Shown: in pieces, positions 8,916 through 19,008 of the stretch
Layout: every line of letters starts with the position of its first letter
Numbering within the stretch: position 1 is the stretch's first letter
Notes under the pieces: model-generated
Told to the model about the DNA's origin: nothing
The model's database searches: none
The model's input: the letters and a program-made list of their open reading frames with translations, nothing else
Translations under genes and position numbers: made by a program
From: Deltaproteobacteria bacterium
Lineage (GTDB): Bacteria > Desulfobacterota > DSM-4660 > Desulfatiglandales > HGW-15
Assembly (NCBI GenBank): GCA_019313825.1
Contig: JAFDAM010000001.1
Location: forward strand, 13,121 to 77,120
DNA: 64,000 nucleotides
Direction: 5' to 3'

Positions 8916-10145
8916 ATGAAAATAAAAAAAGAATGGTTTCTCTCTGTGGTAAGCGTCACTGTTTTCCTTTTTTTCATGAGCCCGTTACCGTACTGCTTTG
9001 CCCAGGAAAATAATAGCTTCAAACCCTTGTTTCCGGTGGGGCTCGATCACGATTTTCCTGAACCACGCAAGACATTTGATGAGATTAAAGGCTTGATCCT
9101 GGAACAGTATTACAGCGACGATATTACCGAGAAAGCGCTCTATTGGGCTGCGGTTCAGGGCATGCTCAGGCACATATCCCCCCCGGAAGAACCTGTGCTC
9201 GCAAAAATCTGGACTGCTGAAGAATATGAAAAAATTCTTCACTCCCTGCAGGGCGTCCAGGTTTCCCTGGGAATTAAAAGCTCGTTTAATCCCCAGGACG
9301 GCAGCCTGACCGTTACGGACGTGTTGCCCCGTTCACCGGCTGAGACGATCTTGAAACCCCTTGACCGGATCCTGCGTATAGATTCACAACCGTTAAAGGG
9401 AATATCCCTGAATGAAGTGGACAGGCTTCTTACGGGCGAAGAAGACACGGAAGTCACGCTCACGGTAAACCGGGATATCAAGACCTTTGATGTCACCCTC
9501 AAACGCAGTAGATTCGAGACGCAAACACTGGTTATCTCCCGGCTTAATAATACCATTGCCCTTGTGGAGATAAAAAAGTTTACATCCGATCTTTCAAAAA
9601 AAGTCAGTGATGAGCTGGAGAAATTAAAGGAAGAAGGATTCCAGGGACTGATTATAGACCTCCGCAATAATACCGGCGGCGTTCTCGCGGAATCCCTGCG
9701 CACCGCGGAACTGTTTCTTTCTGAGAATCTGATCCTTTTGAGATCCCTGCAGCGTGAAACTGACCTGCAAAATTACATCTCCATGAATGATAATCCGTTC
9801 GAGTTTGACATCACCGTTCTGGTGAATCGAAAAACCGCCTCTTCTGCGGAGATCCTGACAAGCGCTCTTCAGGACCACCAGAAAGCGGTCATTATAGGCA
9901 CTCGAACCTTTGGAAAAGGCGTATTTGAAAAAACGCTCAAGCTGAAAAATGATTTCCGGGTTAAGTTTATAACAGGGGCCATGTACTCCCCGAAAGGACA
10001 GTCCTGGCAAGGCAAGGGAATTACCCCGGATTTTCTGGTAGAACAGGACGATAAGACCCTGAAAGCCCTGTTAAAGATGGAGCCCAAGCAGCGGTTTCAC
10101 AAGGATGTAGCCATGATCACAGCCTATAAGCTTATGACGCGTTGA
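8916..10145 (+). CDS. S41-family C-terminal processing peptidase (PDZ + peptidase domain), secreted
   Basis: N-terminal signal-like segment, PDZ-like region, TASSAEIL and TFGKG catalytic-region motifs. Start taken at MKIKKEW. Confidence 0.8.
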   Translation: MKIKKEWFLSVVSVTVFLFFMSPLPYCFAQENNSFKPLFPVGLDHDFPEPRKTFDEIKGLILEQYYSDDITEKALYWAAVQGMLRHISPPEEPVLAKIWTAEEYEKILHSLQGVQVSLGIKSSFNPQDGSLTVTDVLPRSPAETILKPLDRILRIDSQPLKGISLNEVDRLLTGEEDTEVTLTVNRDIKTFDVTLKRSRFETQTLVISRLNNTIALVEIKKFTSDLSKKVSDELEKLKEEGFQGLIIDLRNNTGGVLAESLRTAELFLSENLILLRSLQRETDLQNYISMNDNPFEFDITVLVNRKTASSAEILTSALQDHQKAVIIGTRTFGKGVFEKTLKLKNDFRVKFITGAMYSPKGQSWQGKGITPDFLVEQDDKTLKALLKMEPKQRFHKDVAMITAYKLMTR

Positions 10146-10157
10146 TTATCTTTTTTA

Positions 10158-10280
10158 CTCCTCAAAATAATCTGTGGGTTTAGTTTGATTAAGGAGAAGG
10201 GTTGTCTCCTAATAAAACAATAAATACTGTTATTTAACTATTACTTTCAAATAAATTTACCCACAGATTCTTATGAGGAG
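10158..10280. repeat. Long-loop inverted repeat downstream of the peptidase gene
   Basis: CTCCTCAAAATAATCTGTGGGT (10158-10179) pairs with ACCCACAGATTCTTATGAGGAG (10259-10280). Confidence 0.6.
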
Positions 10281-10473
10281 CCTGAATTATTATATGAATC
10301 CATTAAACCCGGTCCTCTGACTCCAGCAATGCGGGATTTCCGCAATCAAAAGGAGCAATATAAGATACACTTGCATGAGCATGTATAAAAGTGATACTGG
10401 AATATAGATTGTCTCATTTGTCATCGGAGAAGGTTGCGAGCAACAGTACCCTGCTAAACAGGAAGGATCAACC

Positions 10474-11496
10474 ATGGTGAAGAATGAAATTCCCCGTATA
10501 GGTGTAATAGGGGCTGGTAGCTGGGGCACTACCCTGGCAAACCTATTAGCTGAACAAGAGTATAACGTAGATCTGTGGGTCAGGGAAGAGGAAGTCTATG
10601 ACCAGATAAAACAGGAACGGATCAATAGGACCTTTCTACCGGATAATAAGCTTGTCCCTCAATTGAATCCGGTGAAGTCATATGAAGAGGCGCTATCAGG
10701 GAAAGATCTGATTCTGATGGTTGTCCCATCACATGTCTTTAGAGAGGTCTTAAACCATATGAAGCCGTATCTTCGTCCTGGTATGACGCTTATAGCAGCA
10801 ACCAAGGGCATAGAGAACGACTCCCTGAAGATCATGTCACAGGTTGCCGAAGAAGTCCTGCCAAAGGAATACACCGACCTTTTCGTCTGCCTGGCAGGTC
10901 CCAGTTTTGCCAAAGAAGTCATAAAAAAACAGCCCACAGCAGTGACCATCGCATGCCGCGATTTGAGCCATGTGGAACGTCTCCAAAGAATATTTTACAC
11001 GGAATTTTTTCGGGTATATATCAGTGACGATCTGATCGGGGTACAGCTCTGCGGGGCATTAAAGAACGTAATCGCCATAGGCGCAGGAGCGGCAGACGGG
11101 CTGGGCTTCGGGCTAAACGCCAGGGCCGCCTTGATTACCAGGGGACTGGCAGAGATTACCAGACTGGGAGTGGCAATGGGGGCCAACCCCATGACCTTTG
11201 CAGGATTGGCCGGTATAGGTGACCTTGTCTTGACATGTACAGGAGATCTGAGCAGGAATCGGACCTTGGGTCTCAAGATCGGAAAAGGGATGACTCTCGA
11301 AGAGATCACCGGCGGGATGAACATGGTAGCCGAAGGAGTAAAAACATCTCTGTCAGCATATCAACTAGCAAAAAAGATGTCTGTTGATATGCCCATCATC
11401 AACCAGGTATATGAGATTCTCTATCAAGGCAAGGACCCAAAAGCAGCAGTCAAGGAACTCATGACCAGGGAGTTAAAAAAAGAACTGGAGACCTAG
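10474..11496 (+). CDS. gpsA: NAD(P)H-dependent glycerol-3-phosphate dehydrogenase
   Basis: N-terminal Rossmann motif IGVIGAGSWGTTLA and a GpsA-typical core (GPSFAKEV, ALKNVIAIGAG). Confidence 0.9.
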   Translation: MVKNEIPRIGVIGAGSWGTTLANLLAEQEYNVDLWVREEEVYDQIKQERINRTFLPDNKLVPQLNPVKSYEEALSGKDLILMVVPSHVFREVLNHMKPYLRPGMTLIAATKGIENDSLKIMSQVAEEVLPKEYTDLFVCLAGPSFAKEVIKKQPTAVTIACRDLSHVERLQRIFYTEFFRVYISDDLIGVQLCGALKNVIAIGAGAADGLGFGLNARAALITRGLAEITRLGVAMGANPMTFAGLAGIGDLVLTCTGDLSRNRTLGLKIGKGMTLEEITGGMNMVAEGVKTSLSAYQLAKKMSVDMPIINQVYEILYQGKDPKAAVKELMTRELKKELET

Positions 11497-11597
11497 TGCT
11501 TTATAACAGAGATTCGCATATCCGACATCCCATCTTACATACATGAACAGATGATATTAATAAAATGCTTCCTCTTATCTGAAAAGCGTATGAGATC

Positions 11598-12575
11598 ATG
11601 ACACTGCAACTGTTGTTATGCTTTATCGGTTTCGCGATGCTCTATTATGGAGCGGAATGGCTTGTCAAAGGATCTTCCAGCCTGGCACGGAGTCTCGGAA
11701 TGACCCCGGTAGTCATTGGACTCACCGTGGTTGCCTTCGGCACTTCCGCACCCGAGCTTGTGGTAAGCCTCATATCTTCCATTCAGAACAAGAGTATGAT
11801 CGCGGTAGGAAACGTGGTGGGAAGCAATATCTGCAATATCGCCCTGGTCCTTGGTTTGTCCGCCCTGTTTCAGCCAATCACAAGTCACAGTTCTATAGTA
11901 AGGCGTGATATACCCATCATGCTCGGCATATCCCTCTACCTCCTCCTTCTTTCCCTGAATTCTAGTCTTGGCAGGATCGAGGGGGCCACTCTTTTTGGCG
12001 GTATTATCCTCTATACCTTTTTCAATTACTATATAGCTATGAAAGAATCCGAACAGGAGCCTGAAATGGCGGCTGAATGTGAAACAGAGATAGAAGATAT
12101 CGGTTATGTGGCATCCAGATCCAGACAGGTTCTCCTTATCTGCGCGGGAATCATCGGAGTGGTCTTCGGAGCTCAACTCGTTGTAAATTCCGCCGTAAAT
12201 ATCATGAAGGTATTGGGTGTGAGCGAAAAGTTCATCGGCCTGACCATCGTTGCCTTCGGGACATCTCTGCCGGAGCTTGCAACATCCGTGGTGGCGGCCA
12301 TTAGAAAGGAGATGGACATAAGCATCGGTAATCTGGTAGGAAGCAACGTCTTCAATATTATGAGTGTACTGGGAGCGGCCTCCATGGTAAGGCCGATCAC
12401 CATCCCCGGAGGGTTTTTAGAAAGCGGTCTTATCTTTGATTACCTGGTCATGATTTTTACCAGCTTGCTGCCGTGGCTGATGATGAGAAAGACAAATACC
12501 GTTACCAGGGGCGGGGGCCTCTTACTACTTCTGTGTTATGCCGGGTATATCGCATATTTGATAATGCAGGCATAG
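11598..12575 (+). CDS. Ca2+/Na+ antiporter (CaCA/YrbG family)
   Basis: Two alpha-repeat motifs (GTSAPELVVS.., GNVVGSNICNI and GTSLPELATS.., GNLVGSNVFNI). Polytopic membrane protein. Confidence 0.85.
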   Translation: MTLQLLLCFIGFAMLYYGAEWLVKGSSSLARSLGMTPVVIGLTVVAFGTSAPELVVSLISSIQNKSMIAVGNVVGSNICNIALVLGLSALFQPITSHSSIVRRDIPIMLGISLYLLLLSLNSSLGRIEGATLFGGIILYTFFNYYIAMKESEQEPEMAAECETEIEDIGYVASRSRQVLLICAGIIGVVFGAQLVVNSAVNIMKVLGVSEKFIGLTIVAFGTSLPELATSVVAAIRKEMDISIGNLVGSNVFNIMSVLGAASMVRPITIPGGFLESGLIFDYLVMIFTSLLPWLMMRKTNTVTRGGGLLLLLCYAGYIAYLIMQA

Positions 12576-12647
12576 ATATTGTGGCCTAAATCTCTCAAAT
12601 AAATCGGGACTTTCAAAAAAGCGCAGGACGTAAGTAAAAAAGAGACA

Positions 12648-13454
12648 ATGACATTAAATAGCAAAAACGACCGCCTTAAGAAGGAGATACTCCTTGAAGG
12701 ATTGGGCAAGTCCTTATTTGCCACAAACATTATTTTGCATAAATCTCTTGATTCCACTAACCGGTTGGCAAAGGAGCTGGCCTCAAAGGGTTCACCGGAA
12801 GGAACGGTTGTGCTGTCAGAGGAACAGACAGCAGGTACGGGCAGGATGGAGAGGCGCTGGCTCTCTCAGGGATACATGAATCTCCTGGCCTCTGCCCTTA
12901 TCAGACCAGCCATGCCATCAGACCAGATCTTTGTACTGACCATGATATTGGCCCTCGCCACCATTAATGGTGTAAATGAGTTAACCAGTCTTAAACCCAT
13001 GATCAAGTGGCCCAATGATATCTATTTAGGTCCAAAGAAGCTTGGAGGTATCCTTACGGAATTTTCTGTGAAGGGAAAAGACGTAAAGTGGGTGGTTCTT
13101 GGGCTCGGCCTGAACGTAAACTGGATGCCCGAAAAAGACACAAACCTTCTTTACCCTGCCACAAGCATCCTTGCGGAGTCAGGGAAAAAGTGTCCCAGAA
13201 ACGAGCTTTTGGCACTGATCCTGAGATCACTTGAGGGTCTTTATAAAGAGGTACAGGCAGGTAGGCTTGATCCCCTCTACAGAAGATGGAATCAGCATTC
13301 CTTGATCATGGGAAAGGATGTAGAGATCCATTCTGCTGGAGAGATAATCATGGGAAAAGTCCTCCGTATAGATCGAAACGGCGGCCTTGTTATCAAAGAC
13401 AGCGCCGGCAGGGAGCAGGTAATCTTGAGCGGGGATGTGTCAGTAAGATTTTAG
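12648..13454 (+). CDS. birA: Biotin--[acetyl-CoA-carboxylase] ligase (no N-terminal HTH)
   Basis: Biotin-ligase motif EEQTAGTGRMERRW, the KWPNDI motif and a C-terminal SH3-like tail. Confidence 0.85.
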   Translation: MTLNSKNDRLKKEILLEGLGKSLFATNIILHKSLDSTNRLAKELASKGSPEGTVVLSEEQTAGTGRMERRWLSQGYMNLLASALIRPAMPSDQIFVLTMILALATINGVNELTSLKPMIKWPNDIYLGPKKLGGILTEFSVKGKDVKWVVLGLGLNVNWMPEKDTNLLYPATSILAESGKKCPRNELLALILRSLEGLYKEVQAGRLDPLYRRWNQHSLIMGKDVEIHSAGEIIMGKVLRIDRNGGLVIKDSAGREQVILSGDVSVRF

Positions 13455-13470
13455 CCGTCAGATTTGAACT

Positions 13471-14598
13471 CTATATATCAGATATATGGTTTTCCGTTTT
13501 TAATCCAACCGTTAAAGGCCTTGATGGGTCTCCTGCCAGGTACAGGGTCTGGGTCGGAAACGCAAAATCTATTTTTTCTTCACTAAAGCGACGAAAAACT
13601 TCTTTATTGAACCTTTCCGTAAAGGCCATATAGCCCCAGTAGTCGGGCGGGTGATACCAGTAGATGGCCATTATGTTCAGTGAATCCGCATTGAGGTCGC
13701 TGAAGTAGACACGGGGCGGAAAGTCTTCGTGCATCCCTTCATGGTTGTCCAGGAGTTCTTTTACGATATCAATGGCTTTATCGATCTTTTCCGGGGGTGT
13801 ATCATAGGTGATGGTCAGGTTTGCAATCCTCCGGATGTAGGGACGTTTACCGATATTTTGTATGGTCCTATTTGCAAGCTCACCGTTTGGTATGGTGACA
13901 AGATGTCCCTCCAAGGTCCTTATTTTGGTTGACCTCAATCCCACCTCTTCAACAGGGCCGTCATGCCCGTCGATAACTATCCTGTCTCCCATCTCAAAGG
14001 GCTTGTCAATGAAGAGCACAAAGGAGCCGAAAAAATTCTTTATGGTATCCTGGGCCGCCAAAGCCACGGCCAGGCCGCCGATACCCAGACCCGCAATGAT
14101 TGATGTGATCGGTTTATCGCTCAGTATTTGAGCAATCTGGACAAGGACAAGTATGACTATGGTGATTCGAAGGCTCTTTCGAATAACCGGAACAAGCATA
14201 TCATCAAGCTTGCTTTCAGTCCTCTCTGCCATTCCGGAAAGCCATTTAATGGGAATGTCCACCAGCCAGTAGAGGAAATAGCCAACACCCAGGCATATGA
14301 GAATTGACTGTATGGTGGCGGAAACTTCCGCGACCTTTGATTTCAGATCGAGGAAAGAGAGACCGAAGGATATGCCAAAAGCCACAAACAGAAAGACCAC
14401 TCCTTTACCAATAGCATGAAATGTTATGGACGCTATAACGCGTTGCCGGTTTTCATGTTTAGCTGCCGATCTCTGAAGGATAAATTTTGATATCTTTCCA
14501 AGGATAAAGGCCAAAAAAATGATGCCGAATAACGCAATAATACGCCATAAGCTATTACCGGCTATTTCGAACTCGATTAGTACTTTTGTAATGTCCAT
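13471..14598 (-). CDS. MscS-family mechanosensitive channel
   Basis: Multi-TM N-terminus followed by the MscS beta-domain signature (FEMGDRIVIDGHDGPVEEVGLRSTKIRT..G..VTIPNG). Confidence 0.85.
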   Translation of the reverse strand: MDITKVLIEFEIAGNSLWRIIALFGIIFLAFILGKISKFILQRSAAKHENRQRVIASITFHAIGKGVVFLFVAFGISFGLSFLDLKSKVAEVSATIQSILICLGVGYFLYWLVDIPIKWLSGMAERTESKLDDMLVPVIRKSLRITIVILVLVQIAQILSDKPITSIIAGLGIGGLAVALAAQDTIKNFFGSFVLFIDKPFEMGDRIVIDGHDGPVEEVGLRSTKIRTLEGHLVTIPNGELANRTIQNIGKRPYIRRIANLTITYDTPPEKIDKAIDIVKELLDNHEGMHEDFPPRVYFSDLNADSLNIMAIYWYHPPDYWGYMAFTERFNKEVFRRFSEEKIDFAFPTQTLYLAGDPSRPLTVGLKTENHISDI

Positions 14599-15042
14599 GG
14601 AAACCTCGCAAGTAAGATTTTATATGAAGAACAGAAAAACCTATTTCCGCAAATAATGGTTATTGTACCACCACTTTTATTATAAAATACTTCTATGAAA
14701 GGAAGGCTTACATATTTTAGTCTTTTTTTTCTTTATAACAATAATTTACCATAAATTTCAAATTGTTCAAGTTGATGATTCACCGTACTCATTTCACGGA
14801 TGACCCTAAAATTATTACTTTAAAGAATTTGGAAGAATATATATGTGGAAAAAATGACACTACTCCGAGAAGCCGAATCCTTGTGAACGAATTTTTTCCT
14901 GAATTATTTGTTTCTAGGCTATCCTGACATTATTCTATATAATTCCAACTGTATCTATTTATATTCACATTGCGACTTATAAATGGTTTCCATTAGAAAG
15001 TGTTTATGCTATTTTGAAGTAATATAAAAAAGGGGGACAAAA

Positions 15043-15225
15043 GTGGCTACTCTTCAGCCAAAGGGTGAGAAAGTCAGACAGGCGGTAAAATGGATCTCCG
15101 GAGAGCTGAAGGAGGATGAAAACAAGTCGATCCCTCAGCTTATTCAGGATGCCGCACTAAAATTCAATCTATCCCCAAAGGATGAGGAGTTCCTTATCGC
15201 TTTCTATCAAAAAAACAAGGCGTAG
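15043..15225 (+). CDS. Small hypothetical protein (60 aa)
   Basis: GTG start preceded by AAGGGGGA. The composition is protein-like, but no family was recognised. Confidence 0.4.
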   Translation: MATLQPKGEKVRQAVKWISGELKEDENKSIPQLIQDAALKFNLSPKDEEFLIAFYQKNKA

Positions 15226-15298
15226 ATATATTTTAGTATCCGCTGGAAGGTTGTAGACCGGTTTTATCTAAGATCAAAAGAGGTATGGGGGATGATAT

Positions 15299-15556
15299 TC
15301 AGATATTAATAATATCCTTTTCTTTCATTCGGCTGATGATGAATTTTAAAAAGTACAAAAACAGCCACAAACAGCCCACTATTGAGATTACTCCGGCCAG
15401 GATTGGTACCCAGAAACCGTCCTGTTGAAGATGATTCAGACCAACATTGATGGAGATAAGAGCTATCAAAATGATATAGCCTATTATAAGTCCCAGGACG
15501 ATAAGAAGAGACCAGAGACTAAAATTTTTCAGAGGAAATGGCTCCTGGTAGATCAA
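15299..15556 (-). CDS. Small membrane protein translationally coupled to dnaA paralogue 1
   Basis: Two to three hydrophobic helices. Its start overlaps the dnaA-1 stop (ATGA overlap at 15553-15556). Confidence 0.5.
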   Translation of the reverse strand: MIYQEPFPLKNFSLWSLLIVLGLIIGYIILIALISINVGLNHLQQDGFWVPILAGVISIVGCLWLFLYFLKFIISRMKEKDIINI

Positions 15557-16902
15557 TGTATCATGCCTTTCAGATTTTCACCTAAAAAATCTACCTGATT
15601 TTTAATGTTTTTATCAATCTTTATCTTCCGTTCAATAACCTCAGATGAATACAGTACCGTGGAATGGTTCCTATCGATTGATCTGCCGATATCTTCTAGG
15701 GTGGCTTCCGTATAACATCGACAAAGATATGCGTATACGTTTCGAGGATAAGAATGGATCTTTTTTCTCGATTTTGATCGAAGCATCATGGGTTCAATCT
15801 TGAAATACCGACATATAATCTTCTTAATACTATCTATAGTGATTTGGCTCTGATCAGAGATATGGCTCTTGATCACCTCTTTGGCCAGATCCAGATCTAG
15901 CTTCGCCTTCAGGAGGTCGGTCTTGGCACTGAGACACCTGAGAGCGCTTTCAATCTGACGGACATCACGATTGAGATGTTCGGCAAAGAGATGAACTATA
16001 TCCTCAGAAAGGCGAAGTTTCTGCTCAGAGGCTTTTTTTTCTATTATCCTGACTCGGGTCTCATAATCCGGTTTCTCAAGGGTGGTAATAATACCGGCAG
16101 TCAGCCGAGATGAAAGCTCTTTTGTCATGGCCGGAATATCTTTGGGCAAAAGGGAGCTGGTAAAGATAATCTTCTTATTATCGTTTGCCAAAACCTCCAG
16201 CGTATATCCGAGCTCTTGCTGTGTCTTTTCCTTGCCGCTTAAAAAATGGACCCCCTCAAGGAGAAGGACATCGCAAGAATGACGATATCTGTTTTTAAAC
16301 TCTTCAATCCGTTTATTTTTCAGGGCAAAGATCATTTCATTCACGAAATCTTCGGCAGTAATATAGTATGCCCTGATATTGGGATCCTGTTCCAGGAGCA
16401 TGTGTCCTATCGACTGGGAGAGGTGACTTTTCCCCAGACCCGTACTGGCCCACATAAAAAGAGAGTCATAGGGCAAGCTTCCCCCCATGGCCAGGGCTTT
16501 TGAGGCTGAATAGGCAAACTCGTTGCAACCTCCCACAACAAATCGATCAAAGGTGAATTTCTTATTAAACCTTCTCCTGCCATTCCCCCTCTTTACCGGT
16601 ACATTGGGAACGGTTAATTGTCTGGATTCTTTAAACATATCAGGGACTACCGCTCTTTTTTCAGGGGCTTTAACCTTTAGCGTGATTTTATTATTGCCGT
16701 TGCCTGTCTTTTCAAGCTTCTCTTCCATGATGCCCATATAGTTCTCCTTAATCCAGTTAAGGGAAAACCTGTTAGGGCATCCAAGAACAATGGAATCATC
16801 CTTTTCATCCAGGCATATAATGGGATTTATCCATAGAGAGAAGCTGTTTTCCGGCAGCTTATCCTTGATATGATTCTTTACTTCTTCCCAAATGGTATTC
16901 AT
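15553..16902 (-). CDS. dnaA: Chromosomal replication initiator DnaA paralogue 1 (full-length, atypical Walker B)
   Basis: All four DnaA domains are recognisable: P-loop ASTGLGKSHL, VRQIESAL (Arg finger kept) and domain IV DRNHSTVLYS. Walker B reads VLLLEGVHFL instead of ..IDDIQF. Start at MNTIWEEV, with GGAG 6 nt upstream. Confidence 0.85.
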   Translation of the reverse strand: MNTIWEEVKNHIKDKLPENSFSLWINPIICLDEKDDSIVLGCPNRFSLNWIKENYMGIMEEKLEKTGNGNNKITLKVKAPEKRAVVPDMFKESRQLTVPNVPVKRGNGRRRFNKKFTFDRFVVGGCNEFAYSASKALAMGGSLPYDSLFMWASTGLGKSHLSQSIGHMLLEQDPNIRAYYITAEDFVNEMIFALKNKRIEEFKNRYRHSCDVLLLEGVHFLSGKEKTQQELGYTLEVLANDNKKIIFTSSLLPKDIPAMTKELSSRLTAGIITTLEKPDYETRVRIIEKKASEQKLRLSEDIVHLFAEHLNRDVRQIESALRCLSAKTDLLKAKLDLDLAKEVIKSHISDQSQITIDSIKKIICRYFKIEPMMLRSKSRKKIHSYPRNVYAYLCRCYTEATLEDIGRSIDRNHSTVLYSSEVIERKIKIDKNIKNQVDFLGENLKGMIH

Positions 16903-16959
16903 TATAAACTCCAAAGATGCAATAAATGAATATAATGTACCCCCATTTCCTAAGGACAT

Positions 16960-17447
16960 GTTATCTAAAAAACCGCGACGACTGTCAAAACGGATTGATA
17001 ACAGGTATTACTTAGGGCCCACTATGTTTTTGACGTAAGACAAGTTGCAGGAAAGACAAAATTTATTGCGCCGATGGTCCTAAGGCTCAGTTAAAAAACA
17101 ATAAATCATAAGTTAAAATTTTGTCTTTGAATTCAAAAGCTTCCCATGATTTGCCTTATAGTGTATAAAAACATCCACAATTATTAATCTCCGGTTTTCT
17201 CTTATTTTTGCCCTATTTTGACGATTTTCATTTTTTTTGTTTCATTTTTCGATCTTCTTTCTAGTGCAAATGTTCCTCCCGTTTTAGGTAAGGTTCTTGC
17301 ACTGGCATGAAGACGCCTGTAAATCAAGGAGATTAAATTTTTATCATTGTGTTTGTCTTTATATTGAGATATGGATAAAAAATATTTTAATAAAAATTAA
17401 AAAAATTATTTTTCTTATTTTTCTTAAAATAATCGAAAAAGGTTGAA
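16960..17447. other. AT-rich divergent intergenic region (dnaA-1 / ddl); possible origin-like or DnaA-regulatory region
   Basis: Very AT-rich with long T/A tracts. Only degenerate DnaA-box-like 9-mers were seen (acATCCACA at 17171-17179, TaTGGATAA near 17372). Confidence 0.3.
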
Positions 17448-18389
17448 ATGGAAAAGACAAATATCGCCGTATTAGCGGGTGGCTGGTCCGGGGAGAGAGA
17501 GATATCCATTAAGAGCGGTGAGGCCGTTTATAACGCCCTGGATAAGGAAAAATATAACGTGACCAGGTATGACCCTCGTGATGATCTTGCCTCCCTGATA
17601 AAAGAGATGGATGGAATAGACCTCGCCTTCATATTACTCCACGGGAAATTCGGCGAAGACGGATGCGTTCAGGGTTTCCTCGATCTCTTGGGCGTCCCTT
17701 TTGTGGGATCCGGTGTCCTGACCAGCGCCATGACTTTGAACAAAAGGATCACCAAGGAGATATACAAAGGTGCCGGGCTAAATGTCGTTAAGGATGTCAT
17801 GCTTAATAAAGACCGGAAGTTCGCTGTTGATAATATTATACAGGCTCTTGGCCCTTCAACGGTGGTAAAACCCGTTGCAGAAGGATCAAGCCTTGGCATC
17901 TCTCTCTGCCATAATGAAAAAGATCTTTTAAAAGGGATTAATCTGGCATTTCAATACGATCAGGAAGTGATGGTGGAACAATATATAAAGGGCCGGGAGA
18001 TCACCTGCTGTGTAATCGGAGAAGGGCAGATTGAAGCTCTCCCCCTTGTTGAGATCGTGCCTAATCAAGGGTATGCTTTTTTTGATTATGAGGCAAAGTA
18101 TACGCCGGGCGCTACAAAAGAGATCTGTCCTGCTCCAATATCAGACGCCCTCAGTGAGAAGGCCCGGTATTGCGCAAAACAGGCACATCAGATCTTGAGA
18201 TGCAAGGTGTGGAGCAGGACGGATATGATTATCCAGGATAATAAGATCTATCTGTTAGAGACAAATACCATACCGGGCATGACCAAAACCAGTCTCTTTC
18301 CTCTTGCGGCCAAGGCTGCCGGCATGACACTTTCACAACTTCTTGACAGATTAATAGAGCTATCCCTTGACCAAAGAGGTTCCGATTAG
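17448..18389 (+). CDS. ddl: D-alanine--D-alanine ligase
   Basis: ATP-grasp Ddl pattern (IAVLAGGWSGEREISIKSG, HGKFGEDG, EVMVEQYIKGRE, ETNTIPGMT). Confidence 0.9.
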   Translation: MEKTNIAVLAGGWSGEREISIKSGEAVYNALDKEKYNVTRYDPRDDLASLIKEMDGIDLAFILLHGKFGEDGCVQGFLDLLGVPFVGSGVLTSAMTLNKRITKEIYKGAGLNVVKDVMLNKDRKFAVDNIIQALGPSTVVKPVAEGSSLGISLCHNEKDLLKGINLAFQYDQEVMVEQYIKGREITCCVIGEGQIEALPLVEIVPNQGYAFFDYEAKYTPGATKEICPAPISDALSEKARYCAKQAHQILRCKVWSRTDMIIQDNKIYLLETNTIPGMTKTSLFPLAAKAAGMTLSQLLDRLIELSLDQRGSD

Positions 18390-18526
18390 ACATTCACCTA
18401 TTTGCTTAAAATAGATAATATTCCCCCAATATGTCCGATATTCAACGGTTCTGACCGGTTTTTACGTCAGTTTCCCGCAACTGTCCGTAATTTCAGCCGG
18501 TATCTATTTTATCACATTGTCTTGAA

Positions 18527-18775
18527 AAATTTTTCGCAATCACAATGGGCTCGCTGTTACCCTGTTACACAATTGGAGACCTTTGAAAAACGCCCCCTTT
18601 TGCCCAATCTCTGTGTCAGGCTTAAATTTTAATCCTCAAAATACTCAATGTATTCCTGTGGTTAAAATTATCGCCTTCCTTAATCTTGGGCAAAATTGAA
18701 CATTTTTCAAAGGCATCAATTGAACTGCAAAATGCGCGGGAACCGAAGGGGCTTGCGAAATATTTCACAATCTCT
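18527..18775. repeat. ~250-bp imperfect palindrome upstream of parS
   Basis: Paired blocks: TTTCGCAA/TTGCGAAA, CAATTG/CAATTG, CCTTTGAAAAA/TTTTTCAAAGG and TTTTGCCCAA/TTGGGCAAAA. Confidence 0.65.
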
Positions 18776-18820
18776 CCCTTTATAGTCTTGAAACTACATT
18801 ATGGAGCCGCACAATAATAA

Positions 18821-18836
18821 TGTTTCACGTGAAACA
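18821..18836. promoter_or_regulatory. parS centromere site
   Basis: TGTTTCACGTGAAACA matches the chromosomal parS consensus tGTTNCACGTGAAACa. It is embedded in a 26-bp perfect palindrome (18816-18841), 170 nt upstream of parA. Confidence 0.85.
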
Positions 18837-19008
18837 TTATTTTTTCTTTGCAAATGAAGGTGATTATGTTATCAGCTTAACCTGCTGTTTGTGATAAAGG
18901 GGCATTAAGTCAAACGAGTCTATAAATATATCTCGCGGGCCCTTCTTTTCCGGCTTTTCGGCTCCACCTATGAAATATCTATCTTTTCTATAAGACGCAA
19001 AGAGAGTC

